DNA of 63,699 nt from Carcharhinus longimanus (GCA_030264375.1 JASCQW010000081.1:92630052-92693750), one strand, 5' to 3'; numbered from the stretch's first letter, positions 1-13,016 are shown. Program-made: numbers and translations. The notes: a model not told the origin generated them from the sequence alone.

Positions 1-27
1 TTTTTTGGTGATTTTTACTTATCCCAG

Positions 28-65
<38 letters not shown>
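28..65. repeat. Poly-C homopolymer
   Basis: Uninterrupted C run; the length may be an assembly artefact. Confidence 0.9.
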
Positions 66-66
<1 letters not shown>

Positions 67-1078
67 CAACGCCAAAGATTCCTGACAGATCAGCACTAAT
101 ATCTCCACTATCCCTTTAGCTAGATTCTGTGGACCGAATGGTTTCTTTCTGCACTGCAGGGATTATATGACATTTTTTCATTCTATGGTTTTCTTCAGAA
201 TCCCACGTCGTAGTCCATCAGATCTATGTTGTTTATCTACCTTAAGGTGCCACGTCCCTATGATTCCCAGAGCATCATAACTGCTAATTTTGTTTTGAGT
301 TTCAGGGTCATTTGTGTATGTTCATATATTGTACACATTCAAATACAATAATGCCAGTCCTGAATTAGTCACCCCCTTCCAAATATCGTCCTGTTTTCTG
401 CTGTCCTAACTCTTTTCAAATACTATTATTTATTTTGGAGACTTTAAAAACCTTTCCTGAGCTCTCATTTTTTAATAGTTTTCCATGGAGTTGAACACCC
501 CCCCGCCCTCCCCCACCTTCCCTCCCAAAAACCCCAGTCCAAACCCCCACCTTCCCTCCCCGCACACACACACATGGCAACCTGATGTTTTGTTTCCCAC
601 TGACCAGAATAGTTCCTGTAGTTTTGCCCTTACCTTACACCCAAATGCAAGGTTAAAGTCATTGTGACCAAACTATGCATCCATTCCATTAGAACACTGG
701 TCTTACACCGGTTCGGGGGGAGAATCTCAAAACTACAGCTCCACCATTTTCTAATACTGATGACATTGGAATCCCTCTTTCCCCCCACAGCTTCTTTAGT
801 CACCTGCTTACTTGCCTAATTTTCTCAACGAAATGCCAGTTTCCTCGTAGCTCGGGGGGTAACCCCAAGATTATAACACTTGAGGACCTATTCTTTTATT
901 TAGTTCCTAGTTCTGATTAATGCCCAAACAGGTTGGAACTTCGTATAGCTTAGGTAACTCCTGTGAATATATGTTTTTTGCACCTCTTCAGGATGTCTGT
1001 TTTTTTTTGTAATACGAAGCTCAGAAATACACAGCGTGTCCGCGTATGTATCTTCTACGAAAGTTTTTGTTTCAATTT

Positions 1079-1277
1079 TCATTCCATTATCCTGGATTCC
1101 AATTCTAACATTCGATGAATGGACCTCACTGCTTTATTTGCATGTATGTTCCTTGATTCAACTGCATTGCTACTTCTGATGGTTGGTGAATGTGAAGGAT
1201 TTGATATTTTTGTCCCATTGACTGATTTGGCCAATGGTTGAGATAATTGTGTTTTCTTTACTCTTCTTTGCCGCCAC
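1079..1277 (-). CDS. Candidate terminal exon (phase 1: xGGKEE*, stop 1258-1260; phase 2: 65-aa tail WRQRR...ESRIME*)
   Basis: ttttgttatttaaaatag|GTGGCGG acceptor; minus-strand AATAAA at 1133-1138 and 895-900. Confidence 0.4.
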
Positions 1278-1389
1278 CTATTTTAAATAACAAAAGTTAT
1301 TGAATATTTACAAGAGAATTCTACGTTCTTTCATAAGGCCCATGAATGTGGAGGGATCACGTTCTGCCCTGATTCTAATGCTAACACAC

Positions 1390-2330
1390 AATAAAGGAGC
1401 AACGTCAGTGTAGTCAAACGTCCTTAGGCTGCTCTCAAATGTTACTTAAAGCACAATTTGGCATCGCGCAGCATAAGGAGATTTCGGGGCCAATGCTAAA
1501 ATCACGTTCAGGTAGCTACGTTTTAAGGAGGATCATAAAGCAAGAAGATGAGCAGAGTTATAGAACGATGTAGAATGGTTATTCTACATTCTGGAGTCTT
1601 AACTGCTGAAGGATCGAACATTATTCGTGGAAGAGTTACTTTAGGACAAAAAGAAAGAAACACAGATGACCCCAAGGTTGGGATCTAGATTTGAGTGGGC
1701 AGTTAAATTAATTAGGATGAGCGAATGCAGGCAAAGGATTGCAGACCTGACCGGTAAGGAGACTTGTGTTTATAACACAAAAAAAAGGTTTTGTAAATAC
1801 TATAGTAATTGGTGGGTAGAAGGTGAATGGCTGAACAAGCGCATAATGGGGATGTCAAGTCAAAATGTTAAGAATACTTAAGGTCGTGTATCAACATCGT
1901 CATCATGATGTGGTTCCCCAGTGTTTCACAGGCATTAAATTGAGGTAAGGACAGAGTCAGGCGACGTAATAGAGGTGAAAACAAAAGATATTTATAACGG
2001 CTTGGATTATGGTCAAAGCTGATGTCGAGGTCAAATATGGCTGCAAATTTCAGAAAAGTTTTGGAACATGACTTCGTTACCCTTGGTAGTAAATCAATCG
2101 CTAATTGGCTAATGAACTTTGTGCATACAACCATACGCAAGGGTTTCTTGCCTTTATAATTTATCATTTATAATTCCTATTGAATTGAGAAATTGCGCAC
2201 AGCTTGATCAGTTAGAAACAATGTCAAGTTCTTCAGATTTTCTGGCCACACATATATTAGCTTTTTAAACAATTACGAGGAGACTGGCTGTCAGATAAAT
2301 CACCTCACGATGCCAACGAGAATTTCAAGA
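1390..2330 (-). mobile_element. Old L2-like LINE 3' fragment
   Basis: Degenerate resemblance to the reverse complement of an L2 3' end; similar to 26770-27250. Confidence 0.45.
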
Positions 2331-2665
2331 ATACGTATTTTTTTACTTTGAGAATGAAGGCAGTCAATGGCGGGTAGGGATTAGGCAAAGAGATGTGCGA
2401 CGAAATTGTTTGCCCACAGGAAGCAAATGTGTTAGCATGCATGGCATGGAAAACTATTGCAGGAGGTTGGTAACGTCTTCATGCACTCCCATCCCCAACT
2501 TTCTATCATCCGCAATCTTTGGAATTGTATCCGCCATTCTTGAGTCCAAATTGCTGATGTGTCAATGAAATAGTCAAGCAAACTAAATGTTCCGTTTATC
2601 AAGTTAATTTCACATCTACATCTGTTCAGTGGTTTAGCAAGAATGAATACTGCTCAAATACTCAC

Positions 2666-2767
2666 TTGGCACCCCTTTAGAATATATGAAAACATTTTCT
2701 TTGACGGTTATGTTACATTTGCAAAGTTCATAGTTTGTGTTCTTTTTGTGTGCCTTGTCAAATAAGG
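2666..2767 (-). CDS. Candidate 102-nt phase-1 exon, (A)LFDKAHKKNTNYELCKCNITVKENVFIYSKGVP
   Basis: ttgttgtttcag|CCTTATTTG...GGTGCCAA|gtgagt; open only in the phase-1 frame. Confidence 0.5.
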
Positions 2768-3242
2768 CTGAAACAACAACTTAAAATGTAGACGGATTTA
2801 ACAATTGGGATTTCAGGCTTAGCTCATCAAATTAATCTTGATCAATATTTCTCCATAATTATTTTAAGGCATTTCGTTGCACTTTATTTGATTTCAGGGA
2901 CACGGAAGGTTATGGCCCTAGACTGAATGCATATGGGAGAGTTGACGATATGTTGGCCACCGTAGGTCGGAACAGAACTGCGCTTCATATTTTAAAATCC
3001 TCCCCTAGATTTCTGCCCAGTCATCTCTTAAAACTCGGTGCGGATGAGTAAGTTATTATTATGGTGGCACTTCATTGACCTACTAAATTTCTAAAGTTTG
3101 GGAGGCCGCTTCGCTATGGAATGATGGGATTGCCAAGATCATAAGCATCGTAGATAATCGAGTTATTTGTCTATTGACAGATATTGGAATGACCATTTCG
3201 AGGTGAAAATGAATATTTCCAAATTTATATGGCCTTATTGTC

Positions 3243-3410
3243 TTAGAATCCCTACAATGCATAAGGCGCCAATCGACCCATCCAGTCTTACCCTGGCATG
3301 ATCCCTCTAACCCCACGTATTTACTCCACTAATGCCTATAACCTACACATCTTGTGATACTAAACAACTTAGTAACGCCAATATAACTAACTTGCACATC
3401 TTTGGACTTT
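3243..3410 (-). mobile_element. HE1/V-SINE-like fragment
   Basis: Reverse complement of the 3' half of the SINE at 58960-59290. Confidence 0.7.
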
Positions 3411-3713
3411 CACTATTAATTGCTTTATATTATTGAGCATTGCACATGTTTACAAAAATATGCAAATTGGATTCAGACTGTTTCTTGACTCTGTACATTA
3501 TTATTATTCATTCCTCCACATCAACAACCACCACAAAACTCCCTACTCTTTCTGTTTTCACTCAGTGTCTACCCACTTGTGCTGATTTCACATCTCAATT
3601 AAAGCATTTTCATTCAATCATCCAATCAACCCGGTTAAAGAAAATCTCTGTTTTGAACAATTGGAATTTCGCTCAGAAATGATAAAAAAGGATGAACCTT
3701 TAATTTTTCTTAC

Positions 3714-3740
3714 CCTGCACTTTACTTTTGAACTGAGCTT
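3714..3740 (-). CDS. 27-nt micro-exon, (E)AQFKSKVQ
   Basis: tattgtttgcag|AAGCTCAGTTCAAAAGTAAAGTGCAGG|gtaaga. Confidence 0.8.
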
Positions 3741-5199
3741 CTGCAAACAATATTTAAAATGTCAAGCTAGTACCCAGATATGCGTTTGAAAATACAAACA
3801 TAGTTTCCTAAAATTACTCAGCCAGCCAGGCATGTTTAATGATAAAACGGAATAGCTAATCGTTCCATCTGGATGATATGCCATCACAGACATGAGGTCC
3901 TGCCAGATCTTTTAAATGCAGGCTGATTTGATTGTTTTGAATTCTGTTGCAACTGCAGTAGTTGTTCATCTATATTGTGGGTTATGTTTCTCCAAATATG
4001 GTCATTCGATTATAAAGGCTGATTGAAGCCACCAACTGTTTTACATTGATTGAACCTATTTTTTACGCAAGATCGGTGAACCTGTGAAAACTACAGCTCA
4101 TGTTGACTGAATACCTTGTGGTTTATATGCCATACGTTAGTTGTCCATGTCTCCAGCTGAAACATGACAAGAAATATATAGAAATACTCTTTTCTCTTTC
4201 CCATTTTGAATGAATGTCTCTTCCTGAAAGTTTTCAATTATGGGTAAAAATTCAATTCTTGCTAGCAATTGTCAATCTCGTATATATTGTAGAAATACAT
4301 GTCCATTTCTGGTCCAAAACCCCACAAACAGCGAGGAAATTAACAGCCAATTGATCTACTAATCCAGTTGCGTGCTCTTAGTTGATAAAACTGTACTCTG
4401 GTATCAGTTGCAATCAAGTAATAATAACACAATCGATTATTTATGACTGCGTTACACAATGAATTTTTCGCGTATGCAATAGGGACATAAAGAAAAAAAA
4501 GGACAGAAAACATATTCCTCGATGACCACGCAGTGACTGAGATCAGAGTTATTAATAAGACAAAACCTATGCATTTGCAGGAATGTTGTTGATTATTTCA
4601 CCAAATCGTTGGTACATTGTTGGTTTGTATCATCCATTTAGCCAACATTGATCAACTAAGACTTCTTGAAAACTCTTTCAAAAAACGCTGGACTGATATA
4701 GAAAATAATTGTAATGCGACACGTTATTGCCAAATACCCCCATTGCATTCGTGAAAAATAACTACAGGTATGTTGGCAGTCTGAGGTCACTGAAGAAGAT
4801 AGAGTTTTATTTCGACCAGGAGATCTCCGCACAACTGCTTCCGTTCTTCGTTTTCATCATTTAACCATGGCAGGACACATTTAGTATGTGGTCTATTGCA
4901 TGAACTTTCTTTGACACCAATCAACTGCAATTGAAGTGATGTTTGAATTATGTGTAAGTGTTGACAGTACAATTAACAGCACTAGTGTGGTAAAGATCTA
5001 TTATGTTCTCCACCCTGAATACAGTTGTATGGCACATATACAACAGAGTATTGCTTTAGCTTTCTCCAGTCAGTCAAAAAAATAATTTTCCCCTTACTGT
5101 ATTCTCAATAAATTATCTGCAACAGGTTGCGTACAGCAAGTCTGTCTAGGTAAATTAATATAAAACGTGGTAGATTTGTGAAATAAATTTTAGCACGTG

Positions 5200-7200
5200 A
5201 CTCAGGTTGACAGTTGAAATTCGATGGGATTCAAAAACGCATATGGCATATGCATCAAGTCGTTTTTTTTCACTGGTTAGGAATAGCTGCAAAACATTGC
5301 CGGTGATGGAAACCCAAATAAAAATGAGGAAGTTTTGGAAGAANNNNNNNNNNNNNNNNNNNNNNNNNNNNNNNNNNNNNNNNNNNNNNNNNNNNNNNNN
5401 NNNNNNNNNNNNNNNNNNNNNNNNNNNNNNNNNNNNNNNNNNNTGGAAGAACGTACTAGCTTTGTCAACATCTATGGAGATAGTAAGAAAGTTAGTGGTA
5501 CCAGTGCAACATGATACTCCTTTAAAGCGCTTTCTCTCTGATTTCCAAAAGATAAGCGACATTGGCCTCCGAATATTAGCTGTGTTCCTCTCTCCACAGT
5601 TGCTGTCAGACGTGATGGAAAAGGGGACTTGTTTTCGCCAATAGTTATAAGACATATCTGACCGTTTTGGGGAAGGGAAATTTATGACTGGCCATATTCG
5701 ATTATGGTGAGTGAAATGCCAAACTGATTTCCCAGTTATTTTACCACAGATGTGCATGAAGAGGTTCCTGATTATACTGCACCTAAGTTTCTAAAAGGAA
5801 TTTTACAAGGGGCCACGTCAAAAGTTGTTGAAAAAGAAGTCCATGTTATTGAGATACCATATTCGCATGGAAAAAGATGGGCAAGCTAACAGTAGTTCTC
5901 ACAGATATTATTTTTTTTCCGCTGGCAGGATGTAAAATGTTGTGTGTCACAACATTACTGTGCCCTTAACATTATTACCATTAATTTAGATTATTTAAAA
6001 AGAAGGGGAAGAAGTGTAATGCTGATACATTTTCTGAGAACAAAACAGATACCTAGGAAAGTGCGATTTGAAGCACATATTAGTTTAGTACAAAGGGGCA
6101 AGCGTCGTACTGCTGAGAAAAGAAACATGTTGCAGATCTTGGCCATGCATTCATTAGGCACATCACTGAAATATGATGAGAAAAGAACGGTTGAAACTAT
6201 GAAAATGGCCTACTGTTTGATGGGTAAGTGGACTGATTTTTCGAGGTTTCGCCATGGAGAATGCGCCAGGACATGGCGATTGACAATTAATTACATAGAA
6301 TTTCATGAAACTGGGATGAGGCAGTTTGACCCGATAGAATGAATCAGCAGATGGGTGCAGTATGTTTTCTTTAGCTGAAACAGATGCAATACGTGTACCT
6401 GCTATTTTGGCTTGCAAAGAGCACGTTATGTCTATGAATATTTGCAGCGTCTCTTACATGAGATGCCCCATTGTGCAAGAACGACTGTTAATTTTTAAGT
6501 TCTTGTCAGTGCAGTTCTAGCAAGCTGATCGTCATTTAGAAAATCGTTTGCAATCATGGAATCTCACCTCACGTTAAACAATATATTTTGAGTTCCGCAA
6601 ACGTAAGCTGGGAGGGTACGGTCTGCATTTATCATAGGTAAGTATTGTGTGCAACGATCTGGCAAAGGAGTGTATATTTGAAACATGTTACATTGTTCAA
6701 AAAAGTACATTATCTAAATTGTCAGAAATTAAAGCGCCCTAAGTAAGGGCGGATCCGGGTGTCACAGTGCCTGAACCAAAAAATGCTACTGTGCAGATAT
6801 AGCTTGTAATTAACAAAGGTATTATGGCGTTTATTTTATTTTGAGAGGAATTTATTATGAAGCGACTGAGGTCATTTCAAGTAGCATATCGTACTGGTGA
6901 AGCCAATGTGAAATATTGTGCGCAACAAGTCTCGATATATCTGGATATCCAGCCAAAGACTTAGAGAAAGTTCATGGAAAGTTTACAAGTCTAATACCGG
7001 AATTGGCGGTTTGGCTTTTCAGGAGCAATTAGGCAGTTTAGATTTGCATCCGTGGAGGTTTACATATGGAGATGCGACTTATTTCATACTGTAAGGCCCT
7101 GAAGGATCTCGACGGTGGCTGTGAAGAGAACGTTTTCCTTTTGTGCGGGAATGCAGATCTCCGTGTCACGGTTATAAGTATAAGGACAGTAGAACATATG
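5200..7200 (+). mobile_element. Highly decayed CR1-like LINE (RT region), contains an N gap
   Basis: Degenerate SLTSVVGK/GKSCLT/LDF.K and C-terminal LEKVHGKFTSLIP-type motifs with stops and frameshifts. Confidence 0.65.
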
Positions 7201-7269
7201 ATGTCGGAGCAGAAGCCGGTCAATAGCCCTCTCGAGACGGTTCGTTCATTCAGTGAGTTCAAACTAATC

Positions 7270-7700
7270 CAAAATAGTACACTTGAACTCCATCTTCGCA
7301 CCTTATTCCCATATCACGTCCCTCGGTTATTAAAACTCTGCTTATCATGTCTTGAGCACATTTAACGACCTAACCTCCACAGCCCTCTGCGGTGAATTTA
7401 ATAGATTTGAAATAACAAAATACTCCTGATGTCTCTTTTATATGTGTGGACATCTTCCACTGAGATAATTCTCTATGTTCCTGGATTCTGTCACAAGGGC
7501 AAGCCTCTTGGCATCTAACCTGTCAAGCATCCCTATAAGCTTCATCATCCTAGTTTGGACGCCTCACATCCTCCCTAACTACAACATGCCCAACTACTGA
7601 TCCTCTCTTCATAAGAAAATCCTCCCATACGCGGAATCAACCAAATGAGCATTTTATTGACAATCTCCAACACCAGTATATTTTTCCTTAGATACTTTCC
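7270..7700 (-). mobile_element. CR1-like 3' fragment
   Basis: WLIPRMGGFSYEERISS motif in ORF 7575..7772. Confidence 0.65.
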
Positions 7701-8077
7701 TCCTGTATGAATACAAACGTAATTGTTAGGTCGGGAAAGGACATTTGACGTAATAATGTCAGAAATATTCATACAAAATTGGCTGTCTGTTTAAAAACCT
7801 GTAGTAATCGATTTTACATAGAGTGTATATACTTTAAACCAAGACGTTCTACCTTCGCATGATAACAGTGATATAAATAATTATTGTTCATTTCTACATC
7901 TAATAGGAAACTATCAACACAATGCCAACATTACTATGCAACATACAGCAGTCAATTCCAGTGAAACGATTCCATTCAAATCCGAGGGATATAATTTTCA
8001 ATATTTGCGACAGCAAGTATGTATAAATTTCGATTACAAAGGTATTAATGAAATCAAGAAAAACGAATAAGTCCTAC

Positions 8078-8104
8078 CTAGATTCTCTATAGTTGTTTTG
8101 TGCT
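8078..8104 (-). CDS. 27-nt micro-exon, (E)HKTTIENL
   Basis: tattctttacatcag|AGCACAAAACAACTATAGAGAATCTAG|gtagga. Confidence 0.75.
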
Positions 8105-9399
8105 CTGATGTAAAGAATACATAATGTTAATAAAATTATCAATGACTTTAATTAGCAATGAGGCGTTTCTCTTGAACCCATACCGCCAATCCTACAGAAC
8201 ACAGCCTTTGTTTATTTCAGAGTAGATATTCGGACCAAAGGGTCCGAACATCTACTGATGCCTCCATATTCCGTGTGAAACATGTTTCAGGTGAAAAAAA
8301 AAATCACACGGTGTTCTCTCCAGATTTGAAGACAATGAATAGCTCCCAGGCTATGAGGCGCGTGTTTCGACTTGCAGGCAAAAAAAGGTTTGCACGGAAC
8401 TAAAATAAATTATTTGGTGACATTTCAAGAAAACGCAAAAAACACAGTTAATCTGAAAATAAAGATAAGAAAAAAATAAGCTTTTTTGATTCGCAGGATC
8501 AGATCTCTTCATGGACACCTCTGATTTCAAATTCAACATCGATTTGCCTTGTCAATTTGGCGATTAAGCTCGTCTAATGGTTCAGTGGAGCCACAAAGTA
8601 TGTGACCACGAATTGATCATGCCACTTAATGAAAGATGGCAGTACATGTGTAAACGTATCACCTTATCATCTGAAACAAAATACTATTTTTGCTACTGTG
8701 TGCGATTAATTCATAATTAATATTGTGGTTTCTGAAGTCCACCCCCCCCCTCCCCAAATGGATTGTCTGCATTCATATTGTGATCTGCTCCGAAGTTTTC
8801 CGAATTAATTTTCCTTTTTTTCAAATACTATTTTTATTGTTCGAGCCAGTCCTTTGGCAACGCCATGCACTGCTGATTTTATAATCCCAGAAAATTGATT
8901 TCAAAACATTTAGTAACATTTTTCTTAGATCATTGGGTTTATAATAGGGTCCTAAGCATGCCTGCCGAAATATTACACCAATAGTTGATGAAGGCACATT
9001 TGGAATCGATTTGACTCGCACCAGATGACAGCCATAAATGCAGCCAGTTTGCCGTAAAATCGCAAAGTATGCAGAAAATGTAACCTGGCGATAAAGTGCA
9101 CTACTTTGACACAATACAGAATTTAAATGAATACCTTTGAAGAAGAAGCCAGTCAATAATATGACGCATGAAAACCTTTATCGTTTCGGCGGTAGTTTTC
9201 ATTGACAAAAAAGTAAGCAACTTGTGTGAAGAATTATCACATTGTTGGGCCAAATGACCGGCTCCTGTGCGCAGTGAGGGGGTCATAAACAGTTCTATAA
9301 AATGACACTCGCTTTCTAAAACCGGAACATGGATCATGAGATTCGATTCTGTTACAGTACATCTATTCCTGACCCCATTATAACCTTGGTCAAATCTGG

Positions 9400-10610
9400 A
9401 AACAAAAGATTAAACACTGGAGGCGAGTTGAGCGTGCCAGTTCTTGACATCAGGGTAGCATTAAACTGAGTATGACATGTTTGAACCCTAGCAAAGCTGA
9501 AGTCACTTGGAGTCATGGTAACAACCATTAGTTCCATTAGTTGGATTCATATCCAGCACAATCATGGATGGTTATGACAATTGGAAGTCCATGTTCTATG
9601 CATGACATCACTGCAGGAAATTCTCAATGTAATTTCCTGGGCCAAATAATCTTCAGTTGCCTCACGAATTACATTCCTGCTTCAAACGTGCAGACATTTG
9701 GATGTTCAGTGATGATTGCATAATGTGCACCACCATATACTGAAACGATTCATGTCCAAATGCAACAAGATCTGGACAACATCCAGGCTTTCGTTGATAA
9801 GTGGCAAGTAAATGTCGCACCACATAAGTTTCAGGCAAAGAGCATCTCCAAATATGAGTGGTTCTGACCATTGGCCCTTGGCATTCAATGCCACCAAAAT
9901 CCTCACTAACAAAATTCTGGTAGTTCTTGTTCACCAAAAAACTGACCTTGACAGAACGTATAAATATGTTGTCTACATAAACAGGCCGGAATCTGGAAAT
10001 AATAGCTCCCATAATGACTCCCTGAAAGCTTTTCACCATCTAGTTCAAGTTTTTTTTTAGTTTATTTATTATGGTAAAGGTAGGCTTACATAAATATTGC
10101 AGTGAAGTTTGCATTATGGAAGGTGTTATGGAAAACTCTCCAATGGTCTGAATGCTTGTCGCTTCAACAAAATTTAAGGAGCTTGGCACTGCCTAAGACA
10201 GAGCAGTTTGATTGAATAGGATCCAACTGATGAACATTTACTTACTCATGACAGATGGAAAATGATAGCAGGATGCTGCACTCTCAAGGTGGAAAACAAA
10301 CTCAGCATGAATCATTCGCCAGGTAATTTCTAATCAATACCCCCTACCATCTAGAAAGTCAAATGTGACAGATAATTGCGACGACCAAACACTGGAACTT
10401 TCACTCCAAGTTACTCAACGTCTTAATTTAGAAGTGTATAACCTTTCCCTCAGTGTCTCTGGATTAAAATCCTGGAACTTTCCGTTAACCACATGGAAAT
10501 CCAACGGTTCAAGAGGGCAGTTCTCGAGTCTCTACTGAAGGCCACTGAGAGGTGAGAATAGATTTTGGGCTTGGCAGCGCGTCCAACATCCCACGAATGA
10601 ACTGAAAAGA
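9400..10610 (+). mobile_element. Decayed LINE RT and 3' end, same family as 48840-52004
   Basis: Nucleotide similarity to 50850-52000 (gatgattgca, caagatctggacaacatccaggct, catcccacgaatgaa). Confidence 0.7.
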
Positions 10611-11163
10611 AAGACTGGTGGGACGAAATGCATGTGGTTAAATCCAACGTTACACAATCATTCTGCATATTTAAGCATTCATTTGTTGCTGTACTAGGAA
10701 AACGCGAAAATGCGGATCANNNNNNNNNNNNNAGTAGCCGTTTTAAATGAATAGAAATAAATCCTGACTTTTATGAACAAATTATATTTTGTTATATGTT
10801 TGAATTCAATTGAGGCGCTTTTTTAATTGAGTTCGCAGCAAACGTCATAGAATAACGTATTATGAACTGGACGCTATATCAGTCAATGTTGTGTTGCAAA
10901 TCATTCATTTTGTTAACGTCAAACTTGCTCTTCTCAAGTGACCGAAAGCTTTAACCTATTGAATAAACACAGTTAAATTTTGTTTTATGCAACCTTTTCA
11001 TTCGTATGTACTGACTGACTTATTTCACAATAATCAACAACAAAATTTGCATTTTTTGCATTATTTGCATGTTAGCGCACGGCTGACGAGAAATACGTTT
11101 AACATTGCGAAAGATACAAAAATGTCTTGATAAATGATTTTTGCATGTTCTGACGAAATTTAC

Positions 11164-11187
11164 CTTTATTTGCTTTGAAAGTTGCAA
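11164..11187 (-). CDS. Candidate 24-nt phase-1 exon, (V)ATFKANK
   Basis: tttttcgctttaccag|TTGCAACTTTCAAAGCAAATAAAG|gtaaat. Confidence 0.55.
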
Positions 11188-11379
11188 CTGGTAAAGCGAA
11201 AAACATTGTAAATTAACAGACAATGTCGGACTACCTCGGGAAAAAAAAATCCAGATCAGCAAAAGCAGAATTACACTCGATAATTGTAGGATTGCACCCG
11301 CTGATTATTTACCTTAATATTTTATCAGCGTACCAATAACTCTGGAATTAATTCCTGCCTATTGCACCATTAGTCTTGT

Positions 11380-11620
11380 GTTAACTCGCGGTCTCCAATT
11401 AATTATATACCCACTGATGTGTGGCTTTGGCAGTCGTCCAACGATTGCTAAATTTAGTGTTCTACATTTCATTTTCCTTCTCAGCTCCCAAAAGTCAACT
11501 TGGATGACAGCATTCCACTGTTTATCCATGTCATTGACATCGATTTGAACCAAAATCTCTGACCCTTTATCTGCTCCACTCGGACCGTTCTTGAATAGCT
11601 CCATGGCGTTACTAAAAATG
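11380..11620 (-). mobile_element. CR1 ORF1 (SGNH esterase-like) fragment
   Basis: ILVQIDVNDMDK..VIQVDFWELRRKMKCRT..IVGRLP resembles the CR1 ORF1 consensus VVHIGTND..DFRELG.KLKSRT..ISGLLP. Confidence 0.65.
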
Positions 11621-12131
11621 CAATAATTTAAACAACAAATCATCTAGCTTATGAGTGAGGCTGAATATCAGTATGAAGACTATATATTCTTAAAAAACAG
11701 GTACACTCACTTGTGCCTCATCCTCAGAGACGCCCTACTGCTTGGTGTTTTCCTGCTGTCTTTAAAGTCTGAATTTATTTAGATCGTCCACTTCAGAGAA
11801 ATGAAGAATGGCTGATTTCGAGATAAATTGACACACACGTAAACTGAGCGCAGGGTAATAGGAATTGCCCATTTTAATAGATAGCTAAACTCACAATTGG
11901 AATATATTTCCTTTGCAAAAAAAGAACAAACGAGACAATTGCATGTACTGGAAATCACGTTGATACTTTACCGAGTTGCAAACGAAGCATATCACTTTCT
12001 GAAGTTGAACAGAGATTCACACAATGTAACTGAAATAATAGATTAACTTCTCGTTTGATCTGCAATTCAATTATTTGTATTTGCATTCATGGTTTGAGCT
12101 CAACTGTTTACGCCAATTATTTCTGTTTTAC

Positions 12132-12179
12132 CAAATGCAATGTTTTCAACAATTGCATGGATATAAGCAAGTGAATCAC
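12132..12179 (-). CDS. Candidate 48-nt phase-1 exon, (G)DSLAYIHAIVENIAF
   Basis: tatttgctgtttcag|GTGATTCAC...GCATTTG|gtaaaa; 79-nt intron from the 18-nt candidate. Confidence 0.45.
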
Positions 12180-12258
12180 CTGAAACAGCAAATACTTGAA
12201 GGAAAACTAATTAAATGATCATAGTTGACTTGCTTCCTGATGAATACAACTTTCTTAC

Positions 12259-12276
12259 CCAAAGCAGTAGGTTTCA
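12259..12276 (-). CDS. Candidate 18-nt phase-1 exon, (x)KPTAL
   Basis: tttccttattcggtttgcag|TGAAACCTACTGCTTTGG|gtaaga. Confidence 0.5.
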
Positions 12277-12992
12277 CTGCAAACCGAATAAGGAAATAAA
12301 TAAATAGATAAATCGTTTTCCGATCATCAAACGTAGAAAGAAGAATTAGCTTACGCAATATTTTCTCCACCTTTAGGATTATCCAGCAATTCTCCTTCCC
12401 AAAACGGGAGCAGGTTTTGTTTTTGTAGTCAGACGTAACTGCTCCATTTACCACTCCTCTTATTTCAATGGACGTACTGTGATTTCGAGTGAAAATCAAG
12501 TTTATATCAAAATGGTTGCGTATACTGGAAATAATGTCCCACGGCCGCAAAATGCATTCAACCCTATTGAGAAACAACAGACTTAATCAGTTCACAGCAA
12601 TTAGCGAGGCACTCTGAGGTCTGGTCATGTGGAAGTTCTTAATATCTGTTTAGTTTTGGCCAATTTTTATTTTCGGAGAATTAACGAACTTTGAAAGCAG
12701 GAACAAAAGAATAGGTGGAACCATAAGCCATCACGTTAAAAAAAAACACATTGTCATTAGATTCCAAAGAAGGCATTAAAGTGGACGATGCAAAGTGATT
12801 GCAGATTGCATCCAACGACATTGTCGGGAATACATATGCTGTTGGAACTTGGTCATTATCTTAATAAGTATTCTGATCCAATACTGTACAGGATACTCTG
12901 TTAACCCACAACATCTAACCAAAGACTATAATAGGCGTACATTTGAAATCTACCGCTAACTATTACAATTTTGTGAAGCATTTTCAAAGTAC

Positions 12993-13016
12993 CATTTAAC
13001 ATCAACATTTCTTTTC
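12993..13016 (-). CDS. Candidate 24-nt phase-1 exon, (G)KEMLMLN
   Basis: Strong acceptor ttgttctttccccttcag, weak donor G|gtactt. Confidence 0.3.

Noticed and set aside
4787-4924. Minus segment LIGVKESSC...GDLLVEIKLYLLQ*, vaguely cytokine- or C2-like
   Set aside because: Phase 0 entry, only a weak bridging exon near 7853-7899, and the resemblance is not specific.
5155-5757. Long ORFs spanning N runs (also near 24.5, 32.6, 36.4, 38.5 and 47.1 kb)
   Set aside because: Their length is an artefact of assembly gaps, mostly within collapsed repeats.
12355-12563. 209-nt minus exon candidate (VECILRPW...KVEKIL) within the 133-aa ORF
   Set aside because: It needs a phase-2 upstream partner that does not fit the phase-1 chain and has no recognisable homology. 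Not excluded.
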